A DNA stretch of 64,000 bases, taken from positions 242,534 to 306,533 of the forward strand of contig JAWCQZ010000001.1 in NCBI GenBank assembly GCA_038869515.1. The letters are read 5' to 3'. Of the stretch, positions 34,204 to 42,373 are shown one piece after another. The notes beneath the pieces are model-generated. The model made no database searches and was not told the origin of the DNA. It worked only from the letters and a program-made list of their open reading frames with translations. The stretch comes from Halobacteria archaeon. Lineage in GTDB: Archaea; Halobacteriota; Syntropharchaeia; JACQPP01. Numbering within the stretch: position 1 is the first letter of the stretch; the number at the start of each line of letters is the position of its first letter. Made by a program: the position numbers and the translations under genes.

Positions 34204-34896
34204 CTAGAGGAGCCCCGCCGCCTTGAGGAAGTTGGCCGCCATCCGCTCCCCGCACCTCCCGATGGCCCGGGCTCGCCTCCGGTAGGCCGCGACCATCCTC
34301 CCCGGCTCCACCCCCGCCCTCCTCAACTCTGCCGCCCCTGCCCCCGCCCACCGCTCCACCATCGGCGGAGTCGCCTCGTTGTGGAACTGGACGCCCCACG
34401 CCCTCCCGACCCTGAACGCCTGGCGGGGGCACGCGGTCCCCTTCGCCAGGAGGACGCCCCTCGGGGGGACTCCGAAGGTCTCCCCGTGCCACTGGAGGAC
34501 CGGCAGCCGCGCCGGCACCCCCCGGAAGAGCGGGTCGCGCCTCCCCGCGGAGGTCAAGCGGACCACACCGCCCCCATATTCGGGCGCCGGCGCCCGGGCC
34601 ACCGGGGCGCCCAGGGCCCGGGCCAGCATCTGGGCGCCGAGGCAGATGCCGAGGAAGGGGGTCCCGGCCCGGGCGACTCGGCGGATGGCGCGCAGGGCCT
34701 GGCGCGTGGGGGCGTCGCGGTCGTTGGCGCTCTGGGGCCCCCCCAGCACCACCACCGCGCCGAAGCCGCGCGGGTCGAGGGGCTGGCCCCGCCCCCGTTC
34801 CGCCACGGTGTAGGGGACCCCCCGCCGGTCCATCACATCCGCCAGGATTCCAGGCCCCTCGGTGGGGAAGTTCTTGTAGAGCAGGACGGGGCGCAC
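34204..34896 (-). CDS. class I glutamine amidotransferase-like protein
   Basis: Catalytic Cys in FLGICLGAQMLA and His in VQFHNEA. Confidence 0.75.
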   Translation of the reverse strand: MRPVLLYKNFPTEGPGILADVMDRRGVPYTVAERGRGQPLDPRGFGAVVVLGGPQSANDRDAPTRQALRAIRRVARAGTPFLGICLGAQMLARALGAPVARAPAPEYGGGVVRLTSAGRRDPLFRGVPARLPVLQWHGETFGVPPRGVLLAKGTACPRQAFRVGRAWGVQFHNEATPPMVERWAGAGAAELRRAGVEPGRMVAAYRRRARAIGRCGERMAANFLKAAGLL

Positions 34897-35502
34897 TCAG
34901 GCCGCCCCCTCGGGAACGCAGAAGCCTCCCGCGTCGGGAAGGGTTCCCGCGGGGACGCACCGGTGCCCCGCGAGGCAGGGGAGGCGTGCGCTCCCGCCGC
35001 ACGCGGGGGCGCGCTCGTCGGGCCCCGGGACGTAGAGGGTGGCGTTCGCGAGTTCACTCCCGTTGACCACGACCCGGACCGCTGTGACCCCGCGCTCCAG
35101 ACTCCCGACGCTGGCCGCGAAGGGGATGGCGCCGACGCACTGGACGCAGGCGGAGGGAGAGGGGTGCCGGGTGATGTCGAGAACCACCTCTCCCGGGGCA
35201 GTGCGGGGCCAGGCGGCGAGTTTGTGGCAGGGGTTCGGGACCCAGACCTCCCCGGCGACCCGAACCTCTCCCGGATTCGCCTTCAGGACAACGGGCGCCG
35301 CGCCCGCGGAGCAGTTGCCGAAGTCGTGGGCGAAGGAGAAGTTGGGGAGCGGCGTCCCGGCGGGCGTCGGAGGCGCGGGCGGGGAGGGGACCGAGGCGCA
35401 GGCGGCCGCGAGGAGGGGCAGGAGGACGAGGGCGGCGGCCCGCGGCGCGTCCATCCGGGGGGAGGACCGTCGCGGGATGAAGCCTTTCCGACTACCGGAC
35501 AT
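34897..35502 (-). CDS. secreted/lipoprotein-like hypothetical protein (paralog 1)
   Basis: Signal peptide with lipobox-like LLAAACAS; 8 Cys. Confidence 0.5.
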   Translation of the reverse strand: MSGSRKGFIPRRSSPRMDAPRAAALVLLPLLAAACASVPSPPAPPTPAGTPLPNFSFAHDFGNCSAGAAPVVLKANPGEVRVAGEVWVPNPCHKLAAWPRTAPGEVVLDITRHPSPSACVQCVGAIPFAASVGSLERGVTAVRVVVNGSELANATLYVPGPDERAPACGGSARLPCLAGHRCVPAGTLPDAGGFCVPEGAA

Positions 35503-35920
35503 AGACCCCCTGCCGGTCCACCTCCAGGCCGTCCACCAGGACGCGGACCGTGTAGAGGTCGGGGGCGACCCCCTTGAGCCGCGCCGCGAATCCCACCGCT
35601 CCCGGGCAGGGCCCGCAGGGGGCGCGGGGCTCCCGCGTCTCGATCTCGAGGCGGATGTGCCCCTGTGCGAAGCCGGCCCGCGCCGAGAGCAGGGGGCAGG
35701 AGTCGCCGGTCGCGACGCTGCCGGTCAGGGTCACCTCCCCCGCTCCCGCGACGAGCCGGACGGAGGGCGGCCCGGGGACGCACCCCGGGGAGGCGTCGAA
35801 GGAGAGGTCGAAGGCCGGAACCGCGGGGGAGAGCGGGGGCCCGGAGGGGGCGGAGGCGCAGGCGGTGAGGAGCGCCAGGAGGGCAGCGGGCCAGACCCGG
35901 AGGGGCGGGGCGACGCTCAT
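35492..35920 (-). CDS. secreted/lipoprotein-like hypothetical protein (paralog 2)
   Basis: MSVAPPLRVWPAALLALLTACAS signal; shares Cys spacing and a LYVxxxVxxVxG-like C-terminus with paralog 1. ATG overlaps the GH51 stop. Confidence 0.5.
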   Translation of the reverse strand: MSVAPPLRVWPAALLALLTACASAPSGPPLSPAVPAFDLSFDASPGCVPGPPSVRLVAGAGEVTLTGSVATGDSCPLLSARAGFAQGHIRLEIETREPRAPCGPCPGAVGFAARLKGVAPDLYTVRVLVDGLEVDRQGVYVR

Positions 35921-37338
35921 GGCGCGAAGTCGAACCTGGTCGCCGACGCGGCGGGGAAGGAGAACGTGAACCGGGACCTCCCGGGGGCCTCCACAGCCTT
36001 CACCGCGACCCGGTCGGACTCCCCGGCGGTGTTGCCCGCCCACGCCCCCGGGGCCACTTGGCGCGCCTCCACCCGCCCGAACTCCCACGCCACGAGGTCC
36101 ACCTCCGCCGCAACGGGCGCTGCGGGGTGGCGGTTGATGACGAAGAGCCGCAGCGTCCCCCCCTCCCGGACGGCCGAAGCGTCCAGCAGCGGGACCCCCT
36201 TCCGGGCGGGAAGCCCCTCGAGGCGGGATACGTTGCAGGTCGGCCCGCGGACCTCGGCGGCCACCCCCTCGCCGAAGCCATCCCGGTAGAGCTGGAACGC
36301 CGAGTAGACCGGCGAGGTGAAGACCCCGGAGTCCGAGGCCCGGATGAGCCCCAGGAGGTTCACCAGTTGGGCGTAGTTTCCGAGGGAGACCGCCGGCCCG
36401 AGCCGGTGGAGGGCGTGGAACATCCCGGCGGCCCAGAGCCCCTCCTGCCAGGTCCAGTCCCACCTCCAGTGGTCCCAGAGCGACCAGAGGACGTTCCACT
36501 CGTCGAGGGCGAGTTTGGCCCGCGCGCCCGACGCCTCCACGGTCCGGGCCGCGGCCCGCAGCCGCTCCTCCGCCGCGAGGGGGGAGGCGTTCAGGGAGAG
36601 GAACGCCGCGCGGCTCCGGCGCCGGGGCCTCCCGAGCAGGACCCACAGGGAGTTGTCCACCGGGAAGTAGAAGTGGACCGCCAGGTGGTCCGCCTCCCGC
36701 CCCGCGCCCTCGAGGACGGCCCGGTTCCAGTCGGGCCAGTGGCGGGGGTCGGCGCCCACCGCCACCAGTTCGGCGTCCGGGTCCACCGCGCGCATGGTCT
36801 TCGAGAACTCGACGAAGCGGCGGACGTACTCTCCGGCCCCCATGTGGCCCGTGGCCCACCAGCCGTAGAGTTCGTTGCCTATCCCCCACAGTTTGACCCG
36901 CGGCTTCCGCCCCTTCGCATACTCGACCCACCGGCCCGCCTCCTCCGGACTCCCGGTGCCCACGTTCACGTTGACGTAGGGCTCGGTCCCGACGTCGCGG
37001 CAGAACCCGAGGAACTCGTCCGTGCCGAATTGGTTCGGTTCGGGGGGCCCCATGTTGCGCCCGAGCCGCCGCCAGTAGCTCTTCCGGACCGGCCGCCTCT
37101 CCGGAGCCCCGATGCCGTCCTCCCAGTGGTACTCGTCGGCGAAGAGTCCCCCGGGCCACCGGACGACCGGGGGGTGGAGGGCGCGGATGAGGTCGAGTAC
37201 CTCCCGCCGGGGCCGGAACTTCGAGTCGAGGAGGCCCCCGTAGACGCAGCCGTCCACGTGCTCGATGAAGTGGGAGTAGATGCGGGGGTCCACGGGGCCG
37301 GTGGAGCGGACGGGGTCCACGCGGATGCGGGCGTTCAC
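35917..37338 (-). CDS. abfA: alpha-L-arabinofuranosidase (glycoside hydrolase family 51)
   Basis: VVRWPGGLFADEYHWEDGIG, WGIGNELYGWW (catalytic acid/base Glu region), EWNV nucleophile region, C-terminal beta-sandwich. Confidence 0.8.
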   Translation of the reverse strand: MNARIRVDPVRSTGPVDPRIYSHFIEHVDGCVYGGLLDSKFRPRREVLDLIRALHPPVVRWPGGLFADEYHWEDGIGAPERRPVRKSYWRRLGRNMGPPEPNQFGTDEFLGFCRDVGTEPYVNVNVGTGSPEEAGRWVEYAKGRKPRVKLWGIGNELYGWWATGHMGAGEYVRRFVEFSKTMRAVDPDAELVAVGADPRHWPDWNRAVLEGAGREADHLAVHFYFPVDNSLWVLLGRPRRRSRAAFLSLNASPLAAEERLRAAARTVEASGARAKLALDEWNVLWSLWDHWRWDWTWQEGLWAAGMFHALHRLGPAVSLGNYAQLVNLLGLIRASDSGVFTSPVYSAFQLYRDGFGEGVAAEVRGPTCNVSRLEGLPARKGVPLLDASAVREGGTLRLFVINRHPAAPVAAEVDLVAWEFGRVEARQVAPGAWAGNTAGESDRVAVKAVEAPGRSRFTFSFPAASATRFDFAP

Positions 37339-37460
37339 GACGGTCTATCGTGGGGTCGCCCGCCTTTCAATTTTGCCTGAGAACCTCCCGTCACCCGAAC
37401 CCGCGGGCAACCAAGCAGGGACGGGAAAATGATTCGCCGGCGAGCATGTTGGATCGGGCC

Positions 37461-38630
37461 CTATCCCCCGAGCGTCCCCTCGGTGATGACCGTCTCCCGG
37501 GCCGTGAACCGCCGCTTGACCATCTCCCGGATGAGGAACTCGATGTGGCCCGGTTCCACCGCCCCCTCGGGCGGAACCGCCCCCTTCACGGCGATTTTCC
37601 CGGTCGCAACCATCTGGGCCGCGATGGACATCGGGGTCCCGGTCCCCTCGTTCATTCGCCCCACGCCGGAGTAGGCCATCGTCGTCGGCCTCCCCTCCTT
37701 CTCCCCCTTCACGGTCACGCGGATCGCCGACTCCTTAGGGAAGGCGGCGAGCATCGGGTCGTTCCCCATCTTCGAGAGGAAGGCGACGACGAAGTCCACG
37801 GGCGCAATCTTGGTGCCGCGAATCTCCATCGGTTCCGAGGAGCCGAGGCCGAAGTTGCCGAGCTGGACCACCATGTCCTTGACCATGGGCGGGTTGAGGT
37901 TCAGTTTCATGCAGACGTGCTTCACCCCGGGGACGTATTTAGGCAGGGTCAGCGGCTCGGGGTGTCCGATGTGGAACACCTCCAGCGCCCCGACCGGCTT
38001 GGGAAACTCCGCGACCTCCTTGCCGGAGACGAACGCCTTGACCTCCTGGATTTTCCCGCCGTGCCAGGTGGGGACGGTCCCAGTCATCGAGTGGAAGACG
38101 TGGTAGGCCACGGCGGGCCCGCCGTTGGGGTCGGCGGCCGACTGGACGCAGTGGATGTGGATGTCGTCGACGCGATCGAGTTTCGAGGCGCCATACTTGG
38201 CGAGGAGGTTGGTGATGCCCGGGGAGCCCCCCATCCCGGTGATGAGGGTGATTCCGGCCTTCTTCGCCTTCGCGTCGAGGTCGAGCACCTTCATCGCGAC
38301 GTCGTAGTCGTCGCAGATGTCGACGAAGTTCGCCTTCGCCTCGATGGCCGCCTCGCAGACCGGGAGGGCGAAGCGGTAGAAGGGGCCGACGGCCGAGACG
38401 CAGACGTCGTGGCCCTTCATCAGTTTCACCAGCGCCCCGCGGTCGGTGACGTCCACCGCGTGGGGGACGACCCTGGTCCTCCCGCCGCACTCCTTCGCCA
38501 CCTTCTGCGCCGCGGCGAGGTTGATGTCGGCGACGTCGAGGGTGTCGAAGACGCCCGACGCGGCCATGTCCTTGATGGCGATGGAGCCCATCTCGCCGCA
38601 TCCGAGAGCGAGGGCGGTGCGGGGCATCAA
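37461..38630 (-). CDS. saccharopine dehydrogenase family protein (NAD(P)-binding)
   Basis: LGCGEMGSIAIKDMA Rossmann motif plus saccharopine dehydrogenase C-terminal region. Confidence 0.7.
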   Translation of the reverse strand: MMPRTALALGCGEMGSIAIKDMAASGVFDTLDVADINLAAAQKVAKECGGRTRVVPHAVDVTDRGALVKLMKGHDVCVSAVGPFYRFALPVCEAAIEAKANFVDICDDYDVAMKVLDLDAKAKKAGITLITGMGGSPGITNLLAKYGASKLDRVDDIHIHCVQSAADPNGGPAVAYHVFHSMTGTVPTWHGGKIQEVKAFVSGKEVAEFPKPVGALEVFHIGHPEPLTLPKYVPGVKHVCMKLNLNPPMVKDMVVQLGNFGLGSSEPMEIRGTKIAPVDFVVAFLSKMGNDPMLAAFPKESAIRVTVKGEKEGRPTTMAYSGVGRMNEGTGTPMSIAAQMVATGKIAVKGAVPPEGAVEPGHIEFLIREMVKRRFTARETVITEGTLGG

Positions 38631-38722
38631 AGCGGGATGGCCCCGGGCGGTTTAAAGGCTCCCGACCTGACCTTTCAGTCGGGGCGATTGGACTCCAGGG
38701 CTCCCGGAATAGGGCGCGGTTC

Positions 38723-38932
38723 CTACCTGAGCACCGCCACCAGCATCACCACCATCACCGCGAAGGCGCACGCCACCGCCAGGAGGAGGCCGTATATCAG
38801 TTTCTCCCGCAGGCCCATCACGTCCTCCCACGTGATTTTCTGCAAATCCTCCCACCGGCGGTCGAGCGCCCGCTTGCGGACCGCCTCCTTGTGGCGCGCT
38901 TCGTCGGCCGGGGTCCAGGGCTCGCCCGCCAT
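38723..38932 (-). CDS. small tail-anchored membrane protein (69 aa)
   Basis: MAGEPWTPADEARHKEAVRKRALDRRWEDLQKITWEDVMGLREKLIYGLLLAVACAFAVMVVMLVAVLR. ATG overlaps the fen1 stop (ATGA). Confidence 0.4.
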   Translation of the reverse strand: MAGEPWTPADEARHKEAVRKRALDRRWEDLQKITWEDVMGLREKLIYGLLLAVACAFAVMVVMLVAVLR

Positions 38933-39948
38933 CAGAATTGGAAGAGCGTCTTCTGCGCCTTCGCCCCGGCCGCCTCCTTGAGGCGCTCGACCGCCTTCTC
39001 GACCCGCTCGCGGGAGAAGTCGTGCTCGTCGCACAGAATCCGGAGGATGTCGTCCGGCCTCGGAGCCCGGGGCTTCAGGTCGTAGTCGTCGGCCACGTCG
39101 GGGTTGCGGAAGAACTCCTCGATGAGTCTCCCGTTCTCGATCTCCTGGCCGAGGGCCGCGAGGCACTTTTCAAGGGTCCCGTGCTCCTTCACCAGCTTCA
39201 GGGCCTTCTTCGGCCCGACGCCGCGGATGCCGGGGTGGAAGTCGGTCCCGACGAGGACGCCGAGGGCGATGAGTTGCTCCCGCGTGATTCCATGCGCCCC
39301 CAACCCCTCCTCAAGGACCACCTCCTCCGGCTCGACGTTGACGTAGAGGTTTCGGCGCGGGAGTTTCCTCCGCCCGGTGACCGCGAGGTTCCGGACCAGC
39401 CGGGGGGCCCCGAAGAGCAGGGAGTCGAAGTCCTGGGAGACCGCCGCCCAGGCGTCCCCCTTGCGCGCCATGTGGGCCGCCTGCGCCTCCCCCTCCGAGG
39501 GAGCCTGGACGGTGGCGACCCCCATCGCCTCCAGGAGACCCTTAGACTCGGCCACGGTGTCCCGGGTGACGCGGCTGCTCGCCTGGGCCCACCGGAAGGC
39601 CTCCTCGTCATCACCCGCTCGGGCGGCCGCTTCCCACCTGACCTCGGCTTCCTGGCGGAGGGCGGCCCGGGCTTCGAGCGTCGCCCTCTTCAGGGGCGGG
39701 GGTCTCCCGTCGAAGACGAAGACCGGCCGGACGCCCGCCTCGACGAGATTGGTCGTCCGGTAGATGAGGCCGGAGAGGTGGGAGGTGACCCGCCCCTGCG
39801 AGTCGCGGAGCGGGGTGCCGTCGGGCTGCCGGATGATGCTCAGGAACTGGTAGAGGACGTTGTGGGCGTCCACGGCCACCGTGCGCCCCTTGAGACTCTC
39901 CAGGGCGAGGGGGCGCTTCGGGAAGAGGTCGCCCAGGTCGACGCCCAT
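38932..39948 (-). CDS. fen: flap endonuclease 1
   Basis: XPG-N (VAVDAHNVLYQFL), XPG-I and H3TH motifs (GVLVGTDFHPGIRGVGPKKAL). Confidence 0.85.
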   Translation of the reverse strand: MGVDLGDLFPKRPLALESLKGRTVAVDAHNVLYQFLSIIRQPDGTPLRDSQGRVTSHLSGLIYRTTNLVEAGVRPVFVFDGRPPPLKRATLEARAALRQEAEVRWEAAARAGDDEEAFRWAQASSRVTRDTVAESKGLLEAMGVATVQAPSEGEAQAAHMARKGDAWAAVSQDFDSLLFGAPRLVRNLAVTGRRKLPRRNLYVNVEPEEVVLEEGLGAHGITREQLIALGVLVGTDFHPGIRGVGPKKALKLVKEHGTLEKCLAALGQEIENGRLIEEFFRNPDVADDYDLKPRAPRPDDILRILCDEHDFSRERVEKAVERLKEAAGAKAQKTLFQF

Positions 39949-40065
39949 CGGTCAAACGGGGAAGGGATGGAAAAAAGAAGGCCCCGGGCCCGAAGGCCCG
40001 GGGCCTGGGGGGTTGGGGGGTCCACTCCGCGGCCCGGAGGCCGCGGGAGGAGTGGAAAAGGCCCT

Positions 40066-40392
40066 CTAGGAGAGGGTCTTGACGCTGAACCGGATGGTCC
40101 CGGTGGCGGTGACCTTGCGGTCCTCGCCGAGGTCGACGCCCACGTCGTCGAGGTTCAGCTCGACGGCGGACTCCTTGCCGGTGACCCGGTCGAGGACTTC
40201 GTTGACCGCCTTGCGCGCGTTCGTGGCGGCCTCCTCGACCGCCTTGCGGGCGTTCTCGGTGGCCTCCTCGAAGGCGTTCCGGGCGTTCTCCGAGGCCTCC
40301 GTGATGGCCTCGTTGATCCGCTCCACGAGGTTCAACTCCTGCTCTGCCATGGTGGTGCTCACCTCCTGTTCGCGCCTTTTAGACGCCATCAT
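40066..40392 (-). CDS. hypothetical small protein with internal NAR(N/K)A(F/V)EEA repeats
   Basis: ENARNAFEEATENARKAVEEAATNARKAVNE triple repeat. TATA 'aaacctttatatat' about 30 bp upstream on the minus strand (leaderless). Confidence 0.55.
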   Translation of the reverse strand: MMASKRREQEVSTTMAEQELNLVERINEAITEASENARNAFEEATENARKAVEEAATNARKAVNEVLDRVTGKESAVELNLDDVGVDLGEDRKVTATGTIRFSVKTLS

Positions 40393-40503
40393 AACGTCTT
40401 AATTCGGAGGGGATATATAAAGGTTTCGACGGCGACGATACAGTCTCTACCTCTCCCCGGCGGGGGGCGCTGCCCCCTCTCCCCCGGCCACGGCCGGAGG
40501 CGG

Positions 40504-41262
40504 CTACCTGAAAATCTGGTGGATCCTGCGCGCCCTCTCCTTGCCGATTCCGGGGACCTTGAGGAGGGCCTTCTCATCGGCCTGGGCGACCGCCTGGAGG
40601 GAGCCGAAGTGCTCCAGCAGGGCCCCCGCCACCTCCTCGCCGATGAGGGGGATGGCCGAGAGGAGGAGGCGCCGGTCGTCCTTGGTGGGGGCCTCCCACT
40701 TCCGCTTCCGCCAGTCCCGGAACCAGCGCGCCTCGGGGCTCGAGTCGTTGGCCCCCTCCGCCTCCCGCTTGAGGAGGTTCCGGAGGAGGGCCTCCAAGGC
40801 CTCGTCGCTCTCGGCGACCAACGGCGGGACTCCGTAGACCCAGAGCGCCTCCTGGAACGCCCCCAGGACCGACGACCAGAAGCGGCGGTAGTCGCCGTCC
40901 ACGTCGAAGAGGGAGAGGGTGTCGAGGTACTCGGAGAAGGAACCGTGGACCACGAGGAGGGAGCGCGCGAGCGGCGCGCCGAGGACCTTTTCGGCCCTGG
41001 CGAAGCGGAGCAGCTGCTCCCAGAGGCGGTTGTCGCGGATGGAGCGGACGAAATCGGCGACCGTCTTGCGCTCGATGGCGACGCCACCCCCCTCGTTCCG
41101 GACGATGAGGAGGTCCCCCAGCTCCAGTTCCGCCCGGGCCGCCTCGAAGGGCTCCACCCCGCGCAGTCGCCCCTCCTCGATATCCCGGTTCAGGCCGGCG
41201 ACCACATCCTTCGCCATCTCCAGGAGGAAGGGGCCCTCCCGTCGGTCCACCAGGATGCGCAT
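40504..41262 (-). CDS. ERCC4-type nuclease XPF/Hef, short form (nuclease plus (HhH)2, no helicase domain)
   Basis: MRILVDRREG...GDLLIVRNEGGGVAIERKTVADFVRSI (ERCC4 GDxnERKx3D motif) and C-terminal (HhH)2 LKVPGIGKERARRIHQIF. Confidence 0.8.
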   Translation of the reverse strand: MRILVDRREGPFLLEMAKDVVAGLNRDIEEGRLRGVEPFEAARAELELGDLLIVRNEGGGVAIERKTVADFVRSIRDNRLWEQLLRFARAEKVLGAPLARSLLVVHGSFSEYLDTLSLFDVDGDYRRFWSSVLGAFQEALWVYGVPPLVAESDEALEALLRNLLKREAEGANDSSPEARWFRDWRKRKWEAPTKDDRRLLLSAIPLIGEEVAGALLEHFGSLQAVAQADEKALLKVPGIGKERARRIHQIFR

Positions 41263-41293
41263 CCAGAGGGGTCGCCCGGGACTCAAAAAGGGA

Positions 41294-41752
41294 TTAGGCC
41301 CCGAACCCCTTCAGCACCCCGAGGACCACCAGGGAGACGACCGCGACCTCCTGGAGCACCCCCAGGGCGATGATGGGCACCGAGGTCCGCATCCGGAGGT
41401 TGAAGAGGTAGGCCACGAGGCACCCGGTCCACGCGCCGGTGAAGGGGGCGGGGATGGCGGCGGTCAGGATGAGTCCAGCGGTCCCCACCCTCCTGGAGCC
41501 GTGGCGCTCCCGGGTCCAGGCGAAGAGGCGGGTGACGATGCGGTCCAAGAAACCGAAGCGGCGGGCGAAGCGGGTGGCGGAGTCGAGGAAGAGGAGGAGG
41601 GGCAGAACAGGGACGAGGTTGCCCACCAGAGAGAGAGCGACGGCCTGCTCCAGGGGGAGGCCGAGGGCGAGGCCGATGGGGATGGCCCCCCGCGACTCCA
41701 CGAAGGGGCTCATGGCGATGAGGAGGACCCAGAGTTCCGGGGGCAGGACCAT
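41294..41752 (-). CDS. small multidrug-export-like membrane protein (COG2426-like)
   Basis: Four TM helices, 152 aa. Confidence 0.45.
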   Translation of the reverse strand: MVLPPELWVLLIAMSPFVESRGAIPIGLALGLPLEQAVALSLVGNLVPVLPLLLFLDSATRFARRFGFLDRIVTRLFAWTRERHGSRRVGTAGLILTAAIPAPFTGAWTGCLVAYLFNLRMRTSVPIIALGVLQEVAVVSLVVLGVLKGFGA

Positions 41753-41755
41753 GGC

Positions 41756-42373
41756 TCAGACCATCCCGGCGCCTTGAAGGAGTTTCCGGGCCCACTCGAG
41801 TTTCTTCCGCTTCACCGGTCCGGCCGAGGGGTCGTCGAAGTCGAACCCGAGGAGCCGGATGGAGGCCGCTCCGTAGGCCCGGGCGAGGAAGACGCACCGG
41901 TCGCCGTCGGTGAAGCCGCCGAAGTTCCTCAGGGAGCCGAAGGGCTCCGCCTGGGTCGTCCCGAGGACGCGCTCCATCCGGGCCACGGCCGGCAGCCGCT
42001 CCATGTTGTCCCCGTGGGCGTGGACCACCATCGCCGCCCCGCGCCGGTTCGCCTCCAGGAGGTCCTCCATCCGGCCGTCGAGGTCGGTGACGACCACCGC
42101 CGGCACCACCCCCCGGGCCAGGAGGCGCGTGGTGGCCCCGTTGGCCGAGACCACGACCTCCTCGGGTTCGAGGGTGGCGATGGCCTTATCGAGGGAGGGG
42201 CCCTTGCCGCAGACCGCGACCCGCATTCCCGCGAGGAGGGGGCGCAGGTCCGGGGCGGGCCGCCCCCTCAGCAGCCCGTCCAGCCTCCGGGCCGACTCCT
42301 CGTCCCGGGAGCGGTCGAAGCCGAAGTCGGCGAGGATTTCCCGGTAGAGCGGCTCCCACTCCCGCCAATTCAT
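41756..42373 (-). CDS. mptE: 6-hydroxymethyl-7,8-dihydropterin pyrophosphokinase, archaeal MptE type (DUF115)
   Basis: MRVAVCGKGPSLD...VVVSANGATTRL...VVVTDLDGRMEDLL...VHAHGDNMERL. ATG overlaps the ileS stop (ATGA). Confidence 0.65.
   Translation of the reverse strand: MNWREWEPLYREILADFGFDRSRDEESARRLDGLLRGRPAPDLRPLLAGMRVAVCGKGPSLDKAIATLEPEEVVVSANGATTRLLARGVVPAVVVTDLDGRMEDLLEANRRGAAMVVHAHGDNMERLPAVARMERVLGTTQAEPFGSLRNFGGFTDGDRCVFLARAYGAASIRLLGFDFDDPSAGPVKRKKLEWARKLLQGAGMV

Noticed and set aside
39198-39763. CRISPR arrays or cas genes anywhere in the window.
   Set aside because: No direct-repeat/spacer periodicity seen on either strand. The only notable repeats are the two hairpins at 3357-3501 and the trinucleotide tract at 25712-25810.
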